The translations under genes and the position numbers were made by a program. Positions 1 through 12,900 of a stretch of 64,000 nt of DNA are shown here, piece after piece (positions within the stretch are counted from its first letter, which is position 1; every line of letters starts with the position of its first letter). The notes beneath the pieces are model-generated. The model was given only the letters and a program-made list of their open reading frames with translations. It searched no databases and was not told the origin of the DNA. Source of the stretch: Rhina ancylostomus (taxonomy: Eukaryota); NCBI GenBank assembly GCA_030265395.1, contig JARFYF010000051.1, positions 17,744,264 to 17,808,263 of the forward strand, in the 5' to 3' direction.

Positions 1-245
1 TGCAGTTACATTGAGTTAGTACAGAGTGCATTGATGTAGTACAGGTAAAAACAATAACAGTACAAAGTGTCACAGCTTCAGAGAAAGTGCAGTGCCATAA
101 GGTGCAAGGTCACAAGGTAGATCGTGAGGTCCATCTCATCGTATAAGGGAATGGTTCAATAGTCGTATCACAGTGGGGTAGAAGCTGTCCTTAAGTCTGG
201 TGGTACATGTGCTCAGGCTCCTGTATCTTCTATCTGATGGAAGAA
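1..245 (-). mobile_element. Rex1/Babar-type LINE 3' fragment
   Basis: Minus strand reads TTRLKDSFYP, like the end of the Rex1 RT, followed by the element 3' UTR. Confidence 0.55.
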
Positions 246-329
246 GAACCTGTATTGCCTCTTGGCATTCCTGATAGCTTTCCAAAGGTCATATCTTGAT
301 TTCTTGTACAGGTCAGGATCACCAGATTT

Positions 330-828
330 GTGTGCAGCAGTCCTCGACTTCAGTAGGGAGTGGATCATGGCTGATCTTCTGCCTTAAACCCGTTTTCTTG
401 TACTTTCCTCTGTCTCTTGATTCCCTGTATTCAGAAATCTGTTGTTCTCTGTTCTGAATGAACTCAGCACTTCCATAGCCCTCTGGGATAGGAAGTTCCA
501 AGGATTTACCACCCTCTTAATGAAGACATTTCTCTTCATCTTGTTCCTAAATAGCCTTCTCCATATTCTGAGACTGTGACTCTAGCTCTAGACTCCTCAG
601 CCTGGGGAAACGTCCCGCTCATTCAGCCCAGTAAGAATTTTGTAAATTTTGTAATGAGATGTCCTCTCATTCTTTGAAATTCTGGAGAATATAGGCCTCA
701 CCTACTCAGTCGCTCCTTCCAGGGCAATATGCCATCCCTGGAATAAGGACAGTGAATCTTCACAGCACTTCTGCTATGGCAAATACATCCTTTCTTCAGT
801 AAGGAGTCAGAACTAAACACAATACCAA
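330..828 (-). mobile_element. CR1 LINE 3' fragment
   Basis: Degenerate CR1 RT C-terminus and 3' UTR; similar to 60690-61380. Confidence 0.6.
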
Positions 829-1944
829 GCAGTGATATACTCCTCCGACTGGAATTGGGAGATCACGGACATTTTCAGTGTCCCTGGTGACTATACCTGA
901 AGGAAGTGTGTCCAGCTCCAGTTCCTGCAGTTAGATTCACTATGTGTCATCCATGATGTGCAAAATGTGGTAAATGGTACATTTGGTGAGTTACTCACAC
1001 CACATAATCAAAAATAAAGAAGATAGGTGACCATCAGGAAGGATGGTAAGTGCAGCCAGAGAGTTCAGGAGTCCCCTGTGGTCATTCCCCTCTCGAACAG
1101 GTATGCTGTTTTGGATACTGTTGGGGGAATGGTCTCTCAGAAGAAAGCAACAGCAACGGCCACTGCCAAATTCAGGGTATCACAGTTGGCTCTGATGCAT
1201 GCAAGTGGAGGGAAAAGTCTAGGTGAGTTTCAGTTGTGGGGGAATTTGTTCTTGAGGGAGGTAGAAAGGGGCTTCTGTGGCCAAGAGCGAGAGTCCAGAA
1301 TGGTACATTGGTTCCCTGGTACCAGGTTCAGGGATGTCTCAGTCTGGGTAGAGAACAATCTGAAGGTGGAGGAAGAACAGCCAGAGATTGTAGTGCACAT
1401 TGGTACTAGCAACAACGGTAGAAAGTGGGGTGAGGTCCTGCAGGGTAAACTTAGGGAGTTCAGAAGGGTAAAAAGCAGGACCTTCGGGACATGATTGCGG
1501 AATTTCACCTGGTGCCACATGCTAGTGAGGGTGAAAATAGGATAGGACGGATAAATGTGTGGCTAAAGAGCTGGTGCAGGAAGAAGGGCGTTAGATTCTT
1601 GGGATTGTTTCCGGGTCAGGTGGGACATATACACCTAAACTGGGACAGGATCAATATCCTTGCAAGGAGGTTTACTGCTGCTACTTGGGAGGATTTAAAC
1701 TAATTTAGCAGAGGGGTGGGAAACTCAGCAGCAAAGTGGCAGATGGAGAGATTGACTCAAATGTAGAGGGTAAATCAAGCAAGTCCAGTTGGCAGAGCAG
1801 ACAGAGGCAGGTTAGAGAGCATAGGGGGTTGCTAGTAGGTGCAACTCCATTCACTTTAATGCAAGCAGCCTTGCAGGTAAAGTAGGTGAGTTTAGAATAT
1901 GGATCGGCACATGAAATTACAACATTAGCATTTTTTGTAGAGTT

Positions 1945-2445
1945 CAGATTTATTGTCCTGGCTGGGCATACCCAGGTGTAATCACCATGAAAATTTGCTT
2001 TTGGAGAGGCAGCACAGTACATTACAAACATGACAAACATAAATTAACATACATTATACATAATTTACATGACAAAGTAAACAAAAGTAGACAACAACAT
2101 TCGTGCAAGTTGAGAGAAATATAGTCAGAGGCAGAATTAGGATTTTTCAGGTCAGTTCAAGAACTTGATTGCAGTGGGGAAGAAGCTGCTGTTGAACCTT
2201 GAGGTGTGGATCTTCAGGCTCCTGTACCTTCTGCCTGATAGCAGCAATCAGAAGAGGGCATGGCCCAGATGGTGGGGTCTACCTGATGTTGTCTTCCTGA
2301 GACATTTTGTAGATTTCCTCGATGGTGGAGAGAGCTGTACCCATGATGAAACTGGCCGAGTCCACCACTCTCTGTAGCCTCTTGCATTCCTGTTCATTGG
2401 TGTCATAGCAGGCCCTGATGCAAGTCAGAATGCTTTCCATCAGTC
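1945..2445 (-). mobile_element. Rex1/Babar-type LINE fragment inserted in the CR1
   Basis: Same family as 1-245 and 55655-55940 (ggggaagaagctg...caggctcctgtaccttctgcctga). Confidence 0.55.
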
Positions 2446-3494
2446 ACGTATTGTTGAACGAAGGGCAGGACTGGCAGCATAATATTCTGGGGAATAGAAG
2501 TTTCAGAGGGGTTGCAAAAGAGGATGGGGGAATCACACTTCTGATTATGGAAGACATCACAGCATTACTTAGGATATCATGGAGGGATTGTCCAATGAGG
2601 CCATATGGTAGAACTTGGAAATAAAAGAGAGGCATTTACCTTCCTGGAGTTCTAATGTTCTAGATGCTGCTCAATAGAGGAGTGAGAAGTATGTAAGCAA
2701 ATCTCAGAAAGGTGTAAAAGGAAAAGGGTTATAGTAGTTGTTATTTTAACTTTCCCAACATTGACTGGGATTGCCTTAGTGCAAGGGGTTTAGATGGGGT
2801 GTAATTATTTAAAAGCATCCAAGGTAGTTTTTTGAGACAATATGTTGACAGCCCCTTCTCTGGTAGGACTATACTTGACCTTATCTTGGGAAACAAAACT
2901 AAGCAGATGGTGTAAGTGTCATTTGGGGAACATCTTGGAAATAGTGACCCAAATTCTGTAAGTTTCAGGGCGGTTAAGGAAAGGGATGAAGTTAGCTGTT
3001 AAGTTAATGTTCTAAACTAGGGGAAGGTGGATTTCAGAAACATAGGAGAGGACTTGGCAAAAGTAGATTGGAAGCAGATATTGTGGATAAAACAACATCT
3101 GACAAGTGGGAGTCCTTTAAAAGAGAGTTAGTAAGTCAGGGCCGTGTTCAACAAGGTTGAAAGACAAAGATGGCAAGATTATGGAACCTTGATAATTAAA
3201 TGTATTGAAGGTTTGATTGGGGGTGGGGGGATGGGGTTAAGTATGAAGCATGTACAGGTACAGACAACTGGAATTGAGTGAATCTCTCAAGAAGTATAGA
3301 GGTTGTAGGGGAGTACTTAAGAAAAAATTAGGTCAGTAGAAATAGGCCATGAAATAGCCTTGGCAGGTAAGATTAAGAAGAATTCTGTCATTTTATAAGT
3401 ATATTAGGGCAAGAGGGTAGCTAGGAAAAGAGTGGGTCCCCATATGGGTAATCTTTGTGTGGATCCAGGGGATGTGAGCATGATACTAAAATAG

Positions 3495-4320
3495 GTGCTG
3501 TCATAGACGGTGAAGAAAGTTATCAAAAATTACAGGGGGATCTTGATCAGTTGGGTAAGTGGGCCAAGAATGGCAAATGACATTCAATCCAGATTAAGTG
3601 CGAGATGTTGTACTTTGGGAAGTCAAACCAGGGTAGAACTTATACAGTGAATGTTAGCACCCTGAGGAGTGTTGTGGAACATAAGAGTACAGGTGCGTAG
3701 TTCCCAGAAAGTGGTGTCACAGATGGACAGGATGGTGAGCAAGGCATTTGGCACACTGACCTTCATCAATCAGAGCACTGAGTGTAGGGGTTGGGACGTT
3801 ATGTTGCAGGTGTACAAGATGTTGGTGAGGCCGCAACTGACACACAACTGTGTACAGTTTTGGTCACCTTTCTTTTGGAAATACGTCATTAAGCTGGAAA
3901 GAGTGCAAAGAAGATTTACAAGAAGGTTGCCAGGACTTGAGGGCCTGAGTTATAGGGAAAGGTTGGGCAGGCTAGGTCTTTATTCCTTGGAACATAGGAG
4001 ACAGGTGACCTTAGGCATGTATGAAATCATGAGGGGCATAGATCAGGTGAATGCATGGTTTTTTCCAGGGAACTAAAAACTACAGGGCACAGGCTTAAGT
4101 GAGAGGGCAAGGATTTAAAAGGGTCCTGAGGGGCAACTTCTTCACCTAGAGGGTGGTGCATGTGTGGAATGAGCTGCCAGAGAAAATAGTTGAGGCAGGT
4201 ATAATAACATTTTAAAAACATTTGAATAAGTATATGGATAAGAAAGCTTTAGAGGGATACAGGCCTAACATGGTCAGCATGGACAATTTAGGCTGAAGGG
4301 CCTATTTTTATATTGTATCA
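3495..4320 (+). mobile_element. 5'-truncated CR1 copy (RT C-terminus and 3' end) nested in the older CR1
   Basis: [32 protein letters not shown]. Confidence 0.75.
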
Positions 4321-5889
4321 CTCTGTGGGAGAGGTCTTAAATGAATACTGCTTGTCTATATTTGCCAAGGAGGCTAGTGAATTTAGGGAAGGATAAGTTG
4401 ATGGTCCAGAACATGTCAATATTAAGCAGGTGGAGGTGTTGGATATTGTGGAACACATGAGGGTTCTTAGATCTATCCCAGGATGCTGTGGAAAACAAGA
4501 GAGAAGATTGCTATGGGGCCTGGATGGAGATTTTTGCATCTTTATCAGCCATTGGAGAGGTACGAGAAAACTGGAGAATAACTAATGTTCCTTTAAGAAG
4601 CAAGCAGGATAAGCCAGGTAATTACAGGCTGATGACCTTGATGTCAGTGGTAGAGAAACTGGAGAAAATTCTAAAAGACAGGATTTATGTCCATTTAGAA
4701 AGACAGGGCTGATTACAGATGGTCTGTATGGCTTTATACTGGGGAAATCCTATCTCACTAATTTGATTCAGTTTTTGTGAGGTGGTTACAAAGGAAGTTG
4801 ACTAAAGGCAGGAATGAACCTTAGGCCATTTGACAAGGTCCCACATGATAGGCTGGTCCAGAAGGTTGAGGTATTGGGATCCAAGGTGAGCTGGATCCAA
4901 AATTAGCTTGGTGGTAGGAGGCAAAGTGGTGGATGTTTTACTTATTGGAAGTCTGAACGGTGGTGCAGTACAGGGTTTGATGCTGGGACCTTTGCTGCTT
5001 GAAATTGTGTTTTTAATGACTTGAATATGAATGTAGGAGGTACAACTTGGCAAGTTAGCAGATAACACAAAAATTGGTGTTGTGAATAGCAAGGATAGAG
5101 ATCAGAGGGAAAGTTGGACAGAGCATTGAAGATGAAATTTAACCCCAACTAGTGCAAGGTGATGGATTTTAGTAGGTCACAAAGGGATAGAACATCAGAA
5201 ACTTGGTTTCAAACCCATATTCCTTGAAAGGGATAATACAGGCAGCTGGAGTGATGAGTGGCATGACACGCTTGCCTTCATAGGTTAGTGCGTAGAATGT
5301 GCCAGGATGAACTTTAAGGTTGAGAGGTGTAGATAGTTGATCTCCTTCCCATGGTAGGGGTATCAAAAACAAGAGGGCATAGGTTTAGAGTGAGGCCAGT
5401 TTTAAAAAGGAATCCAAAAGGAGGTTTTACTTGCACACAGTGATCAAGTTTCAGGACCTCTCTGCCAGAGATGGTCGTGAACTCAGACACAATTATTTAT
5501 TTGAGACATTCAGATAGACACAAGGACCTCATGCCGGCAAATGGAATTAATGTAGTGGGCAATAAAGCCAAGGGCACGGTGGGCTGAGGGGCCTGCTTCA
5601 AACTGTAAGGGAGATGGTGCAAGTCAAATGATGAGGATCAAATCAGTGTTTGGACTGATGACACAGATGGGTTGGTGATTCTTAGTTGCAAGATCTTCCT
5701 GTATACCCCATACAATTTCAGATTAGTTTAGTCCTCTCTACCAGGATACAATGAAATTCCATGTTTGCTTGAAGCTCAATGTAAACAGTATAATAATTGT
5801 AATAATAAATAACATGAAATAACTGAACAGATTGTTGATAGTTACTTCTAATGAGACAAAAAGCAACAGTGGCAATTTAGCAGGTATCT

Positions 5890-5895
5890 TTTATT
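5890..5895 (-). promoter_or_regulatory. Probable FLNC polyadenylation signal (AATAAA); 3' UTR of about 0.9 kb
   Basis: AATAAA on the minus strand followed by a U/GU-rich tract (ctgttgctttttgtctc). Confidence 0.6.
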
Positions 5896-6766
5896 ATTCT
5901 TGCCAGACATGGGTTAATGTACCAAACACAAGGCTCATCATTTTCATACAAACATTCTCTAGAAACAGACTGGGTAACAACTCCAAACACTGCTACCCAC
6001 AAGTCCAAGAGCACATCCAGCACATCATGTACTGTCACCATCACATGATCTAGCTCAGTTCCATGAGTACAGCAGTCAAATCACCATTTGTTTTGCTCCG
6101 AACTGTCAGTGCAATATCTGGTCAGGGTAACAAGTGAATGGAGATATTGGAGGACTGATCATATTGTGAACAGGGCAGGAAGGACATGGGATAGGTGGAA
6201 GAGGAACAGGCAGAACAGAATGAATTATTAACGAACCAACCCAAGTTTATTGGGACCACTTGATAACCTATTTCCACCCATCCTCAACCTTTCCCAATCA
6301 CAGCACTGGGTCAAAAATCAGCCTAAGCAGCTGGCAATATACTTTAAATTGGATGTTCTATGCATGTCTTGCCTTGGGAGGAGCAGAAGGTTGATGTGAA
6401 AGTGAAGCATCCTGACATTCTGCCCTCTGGGCTGCAACACCTGGATGAGAGGGTGCCAGTCAGACATGTAGCCAATAATGGCTCCTTTCAACACCCTCCA
6501 AAACAAAATATTTCTACCACAAAACAGAGGAGTTAGGGAAACTCTTGAATGAGGAATTGCTAATTGTTCTGGTAAATTCAGGCAGCTTCTAAAAATCAGT
6601 GTTTAACCCAGAAAAACCTTCCCACTGTACCTCCCCCCTCCCACCCCAATAACCCACCCTACTGGGTGACTATGGTTTTTAAGTTAATTTTTTTGTTTTT
6701 CTACAAAAACTTTGACAGTTCAGATCCTCTGAGATGCAACAAAGGTTCCACAAGACGATCAGTCAT

Positions 6767-6954
6767 TCATGGGACAGTAGCATGGAATGGGCTGCCAGGC
6801 ACACACTCATCTCCCCACTTCACGATCAGAATGTAGTCACCCTTCTCCTTCACAGTGTACGTAACGTTATAAACCCGGTTGCCCATGTGTTTCACGTAAA
6901 CCTCCTCACACGGAGTCTTCGGGCCATGCACTCCCACCATCAACATGTTGGTTC
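6767..6954 (-). CDS. FLNC: FLNC last coding exon (48), dimerisation repeat Ig24 and TGA stop
   Basis: [32 protein letters not shown]...SPFHATVP*. Confidence 0.96.
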
Positions 6955-9900
6955 CTAGAATGAACAGAAGTAGGTTACTGCAGGAGATCACTACAAGTGC
7001 ACAAGTTCAGAGGGTCACTGTGCAGGCCAGTGAATGGGGTAGTGAGGTAACCATTTCTCTCATCCAGCACAAGTTAGCTGGATTGTGCCTGTGACTATAT
7101 TTCCTCCAACCACCACGAACCAACCCCTATCCCTGCGCCTCAGGCATGCTCCACACCTACCACCCTCAATCCCCGAAACTCACCTGCTTTGCTGCAATCC
7201 ACAGTGAAGTTGTTCTTCTGCCCAATGAAAGCCTTGGATAGGCCAGGCCCTCGAGATACCACTTTGCTGGCATCAGATGCAAACTTGGGCATTGGTCCAT
7301 ACCCAGCAACTGTGGATGACTTGGTAACTGTTTCAACCAGGACAGTGGACGTCTCATGTAAACTATGGCCCCCAGACAGACGGACACCTGGAATTGAAGA
7401 GGGTACAAGTTATAGTCCCCCTGCAGCATTGGCCTCACACCTGGACTCTCAGCTCCACCAACCTCTCCTCCCCACTTGCACTGTTCCAACCTGGGATCCA
7501 GCTCTTCCACAGCCTTGCCCTTCTCCACACTAAGCATGCCCATTTTCTGTGATGCAGTCAGGATTAAATCCAGGGTATGCTGTGGCCATTAACCCAGAGA
7601 AAAGGCAGCACTGCACTCCTGTGAAGTACCAGCACCAGTGGAGATGTGCATCAAATGAGCTGAGGCCAGGTATTGTGGAATCCAATTACCTTAAGTCTTT
7701 GCCCCTTGGTAATGACCTCAAGGTAATAAGAAGAAATATTACATTTGGGAGTTGGATAGGGTGAAGCCATTTTCACTCAATGGTGGGTGCCTGGCACTCA
7801 CTGCTAATAGGGTGGCTGAAGAAACAACAAAAGTACCTAGATGAGCACTAGCAATGTTGTCACCTACAGGGCTATGGCTTGAGAGCTGGGGAGTGAGTTT
7901 AGCTCCATTATTTGTATTCCAGTTTAAAGATTCTATACTTTGTCATTTTTTTTATGATCCAATAAACTTGTGCTTACCTGTGACCTTGGCCTTGAAGGGA
8001 CTACCAACAATATGCTGAGGTCCACCATATTTGATGGAGATCAGGTAATTCCCAGGAGCCATTGGGGTGTAGGTTACCTTATAACCTTCAGGACCCTCTT
8101 GGCAGTCCATCTTCACTTTGGATGGGCCATCGATGGTGACAGAAAGAGCTCCAGCCCCAGCATTACATGTATTGACAATAAACTCAGAGGGCACTCCTGT
8201 ACATAAACAAAAACACAAAGGCCATCACTATGAAGCAATCTTCTCCAGCATTTAAAGTTCAGGAATAGCTGAATACACAGATCCACTAGATTATATTCCA
8301 ACCTGCAAGTCACACTAGGCATCCATTGATCTGTATATATATCCCCATTGAATCACTTCTGAATTCTAGCTTGGAACATTCTTGTTTTGTTCTCATTACA
8401 TTGTATGACCATAGAGCAATACAGCACAATACAGGCCCTTTGGCTCACCATGTTGTGCTGCCCATCAAACCACACCTCACACTATCTAACGCTTCCCTCC
8501 TGCGTATCCCTCTATCCCACATTCCTCCATATGCCTATCCAACAATCTCTTGAACCTGTCCAACATATCTGTCTCCACCACCCCAGGCAGCGCATTCCAT
8601 GCACCAACCACTCTGGGTGAGAAATCTCCCTCTGACATCTCCCCTGAACTTCCCACCCATAACCTTAAAGCCATGCCCTCTTGTCCTGAGGGCTGGTGCC
8701 CTGGGAAAGAGGTGCTGGCTGTCTATTTATTTCTCTCAATATTTTATACACCTCTATCATGTCTCCCCTCATCCTCCTCCTCTCCAGTGAGTAAAGCCCT
8801 AGCACCTTAAGCCTCTCCTTAATCACAGATCTTTGTGAAGGCCCCGAATGATTGATGCTGAGATGTAGTCCTGACCCAGCAGCCATTATTGTGTCAGAAT
8901 CTGGGTGATCAGTGCCTGCTGACTATGTGACCACTTGCAGCATCACCTCTAACTGTCCCACTGACCAAACCTGGGAACTTCCATTTGGGAATCAGACTAC
9001 TGCTCTCTAACTCGCAAACACTAGGGCAGTTTGACTCTTGCCTGGTTAACTCAGCACAGACCAAGTTACACCTGTTCAGAACATCCTGAGCCATTACTAG
9101 TGGCACTGTTGAGCAGGACGGCGAGGTGTGAGGGAGAAGTTTCTCTCCCTTGAGCCCATCTCCTTCATGTGCAGGAGGGAGGCTGAAGAACTCCCTCAGA
9201 GAGATTCATGGGGTGAGTATGGAATGATGAGCACACCAGGAACACCACGGAGGACATGAGCTATGTGAATAAGCTTCTGGACATGGAGGGGAGGAAGTGG
9301 GAACCAATCGGAAGTGCTCTGAAATATTTGCTTATTGAAATTTCAGGCCAATGACAAGGTTGGCAGATCAGAGAGACGGGCAGGTGAGCCAGAGAGAGGG
9401 CTGATGAGCATGGGTCCGTGTCTACACAAGGGGCAAAGACTGAGGGAGGGGAAGATGGCTCTGTGGTTTACAGGTGGTGTGGATTGGCCCTGCAGTGCGG
9501 GAGAGGCTGGTCGGGCTCTGTAAAGATCGCTCTTACCCATACTGGCCGGCATGGCTGCCTGTGTGAGAGTGTTGCGCTGGGGGCTGATGAGCTGGCTGAC
9601 AGATGGCAGCTTGTTCCCCATACTGTGCACTTTATTCATCGGCGGGGGAGAGGGCCCAAAGGATTGCTGTGACTGCATCGATGGCCTGAAAGAGAAGAGA
9701 GGGAAGTTATTGCAATACAGTCCTTATGCAAACATCACTATTCTCAGGGAATACATTCACCATCCCCAAATGCAGAGCCAGTACAGAGGAACCACTTGTC
9801 CCACACACCGTCCCGTGTAATCTCACTCCCTCTAACCTTCCATATCTGTCCTCAAGATTTATCCAGTATCCACGTACAAAGGCAGTTCCTCAAAAATAAT

Positions 9901-12900
9901 TCCATTAGTCCTGATGCAGGGTCTCGACCTGAAATGCTCACCATCCTGCTGCCTCCACAGATACTGCCTGACCCAATGAGTTCACCCAGCAGTTTGTTTT
10001 TCACTCCAGGCTCCAGCATCTAGTTTCTCAACCATCTGACAGTCTGGTGCAACGTAAATATCCTCTCTCCTCTCCTTGTTGATCCTGAGCTGCAGCTCCT
10101 GCCTGTTGTGTTGTTGTTGGAAGTGGCAAGGCCTAAGGAGCCTGCACTGAGGAGAATTAGTATGTTTGTTGTTTCAATAGATTAGTTCATATTGAAAGAA
10201 ACATCTTTCTGAGGTATAATGCACCTCCGAAATACTTACAGACAAAAACCTTGTAATGTCAATGTGGCAACCATTTTGTAAACACAAGCTACGAGAGGTT
10301 TGACCAATTCACCTGTTTCTGGTGGTGTTGATACAGGATAAGTACCAGACTACTGGAGAGAACACCACTGCTCTTCTGTAACATTTTTAACCTTCTCCTG
10401 GCCAGAATATTTGGTTTGACGTCTCATTTGGAAGAAGTCACCTCTAATGTTGCTAACACATGCATTCAGAGCTTTGGACTGAGCACAAGCCAGACATTCA
10501 TGAAGTGATCGAGGGATTTGGGGATTACGTGGACGCTGGGGTAGTTGAGGCTCTCAATTGGACAACAGTTAGGGACGATGGGGGTGGGGCTTGGTTGGAA
10601 TGCCTTCCAGTTTAGTCAGAAAGCTTGCATTGCACTTAGCCACACATGGGCAGGGTGTGTGGGCACAGTGGTATTTGGAGCCCGAGGAGCTGCACCCTAG
10701 GAATGTCGTGGACAAGGGCGAACCACAAGGAGAGAAGGATGCCAGATAGACATACACAATCCTTTTCCAATTTATGTTTCAGTACTTTTAATGAATAAGG
10801 TCCTTGGGTTTGTTCCACCTCACTGCTGCACCACAGCCATTTCTCCAGCCACATACTGAACATGGCTCAATGATTCCTGGGTAAGACACTATGGTCTGCC
10901 TCGGCTCCCACAAAATGACCTGCTCCTCGGGACTGTGAGGTGCTTCCTCACAACAGCAGAACCAAGAAACACTCCACACAGACTCTAGTAACCTGATTTA
11001 TTTAAAGGTTCAAGAACAGTTTTCAGTGGTACAAAAGAGTGCCAACAATTATACTGCAAACACATACTCCTGCACTCAGGAATATATGTGGCCAACAGCA
11101 ACAGCAGAGTTGCTCCCTGGGACTAGCCAGGTGAAGGAGAACATTGGATAAACAGTGTCTGGTGACGTAAGGGATTCCACAATAAAACAGAACGCTGGTA
11201 TCATCAGGTCAGGCAGCCTCTGGGGAGGGACAAGAGTTGTTGTTTCAGGTTGATGACTTTTGTTAGAACTGAAACATTAATCCCATCTTTCTCTCTTCAC
11301 AGATGCTGCCTGACCTGCTGTGTTTTTTCAGCATTCTCTGTTTTTATTTCAGATTGCCTGCATCTGTGGTGTTTTACTTCCCACACTACAAACAGCACCT
11401 TTGGGCAATGAGAGACTTTATTAAACAAGAAAAAGACATGTAGCTGCAAGATTTGCTTTTTTTTCTGATTTACATGATGGGTGAACTCTACTTTCCCATC
11501 AGCATCCATGGGCAGAAGTGTGTGATAGCCCTGTATAAGAAACTCTGGTTAGACCACTCTTAGAGTACTGTGTTCAGTTCTGGTCGCTGCATTATAGGAA
11601 GGATGTGGAGGCGTTGGAGAGGGTGCAGAGGAGATTTACCAGGATGCTGCCTGGATTAGAGTNNNNNNNNNNNNNNNNNNNNNNNNNNNNNNNNNNNNNN
11701 NNNNNNNNNNNNNNNNNNNNNNNNNNNNNNNNNNNNNNNNNNNNNNNNNNNNNNNNNNNNNNCTCTGGTTTTTCCAAGTATCCAAACTCTTGATTTCTCC
11801 CAGTGAAAGAATACAGCACCTATTGCCAAGTCTTCCCAAAAATAAGAAAACAAGGCAACAGGTGCTTAGAAACCACAATATGGAATTTGGCAAGGGTGGG
11901 GGGCTCATAATTCAAGGTACAGAAGTCCATCCAGTTCCCATCTATAAATAAAGCTGGGTGATAAAGCCCAGGGGAACCTCTTCGTTCCCCAATCTCATTA
12001 ATACACTGCCAGTCCAATGCCATGCTCCTGCTCACTCCCCAGAGCCTTTAATATCCCATCTCACTCTGATTGCTCCCTAGACTCGAATATCCAACAATGC
12101 TTAAAACATTAGAATTGGTAGAACACATGTTAAAAAGATTAAAAAGGGTTGACTGAGATTAGAGTTGGGGAGGTGCCAAGCTATAGGGGATTGGAAAATG
12201 AGGGCAGAGTTTAAAAAGCAGAGCTGTTAAACCAGGAAGCCACATGGGTTAATGAGGCTAGAGGTGATGCATATAATTTAAAAAACTTGGCATCAGTTAG
12301 TATACAGGTAGTACTTTGGACCTCAGGTTTACAGAAGGTAGAGCAAGGAAGGCTGCCAATTCAGAAGTAGGAAGGGTCATGTCTATGTGTACCACTACAT
12401 TGTGATAATTGTGAAAACTCATTTATGAGCCAACAAACCATTCAATTCTAGAACTTGCTGGATAACCTGTGATCTTTGGAAAACATTAAATCTTACACAA
12501 TTACAAAGGCACAAATGAGAGCATCAGTGGCAACTGCATGTTGCAGAGCAGAATTGGGCAAATGTTAAAAAGGTGTTGTTGGCAGAAATAAGATCAGAAG
12601 CTCTTCCATAACACTATTACAGTGCCAACGACCCAGGTTCAATTCCCACTACTGTCTGTAAGGAGTTTGTACGTTCTCCCCGTGTCTGCGTGGGTTTCCT
12701 CTGGTTTCCTCCCACATTCCAAAGACATACAAGTTAGGAAGTTGTGGGCATACTACATTGGCGCTGGAAGTGTGGTGACAGTTACAGGCTGCCCCCCCCC
12801 CCCCCAAGTACTCTATGCAANNNNNNNNNNNNNNNNNNNNNNNNNNNNNNNNNNNNNNNNNNNNNNNNNNNNNNNNNNNNNNNNNNNNNNNNNNNNNGTG

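Larger units (their letters stand above)
830..5605 (+). mobile_element. Decayed near-full-length CR1 LINE (ORF1 esterase-like plus ORF2 endonuclease/RT) with nested insertions
   Basis: ORF1-like peptides PLSNRYAVLD and IVVHIGT; ORF2-like peptides FNFPNIDW, LDLILGN, WRITNV..KQDKPGNYR; many frameshifts and stops. Confidence 0.8.

Noticed and set aside
1027-1703. 155-aa and 70-aa plus-strand ORFs as a novel gene
   Set aside because: They are frameshifted CR1 ORF1 (esterase-like) remnants.
6246-6251. Second AATAAA in the FLNC 3' UTR
   Set aside because: Possible proximal poly(A) site, but the downstream element is less convincing than at 5890; cannot be supported without 3'-end data.
9343-9536. 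C-terminal half of the 111-aa ORF containing the p63-like exon
   Set aside because: Read-through beyond a strong donor; no PPPY or SAM similarity.
10035-10147. Minus-strand [10 protein letters not shown] stretch after an acceptor-like site, considered as p63/p73 exon 10
   Set aside because: No tetramerisation-domain motif (VRGRE..KIKESLEL); the similarity is only low-complexity CAA repeats.
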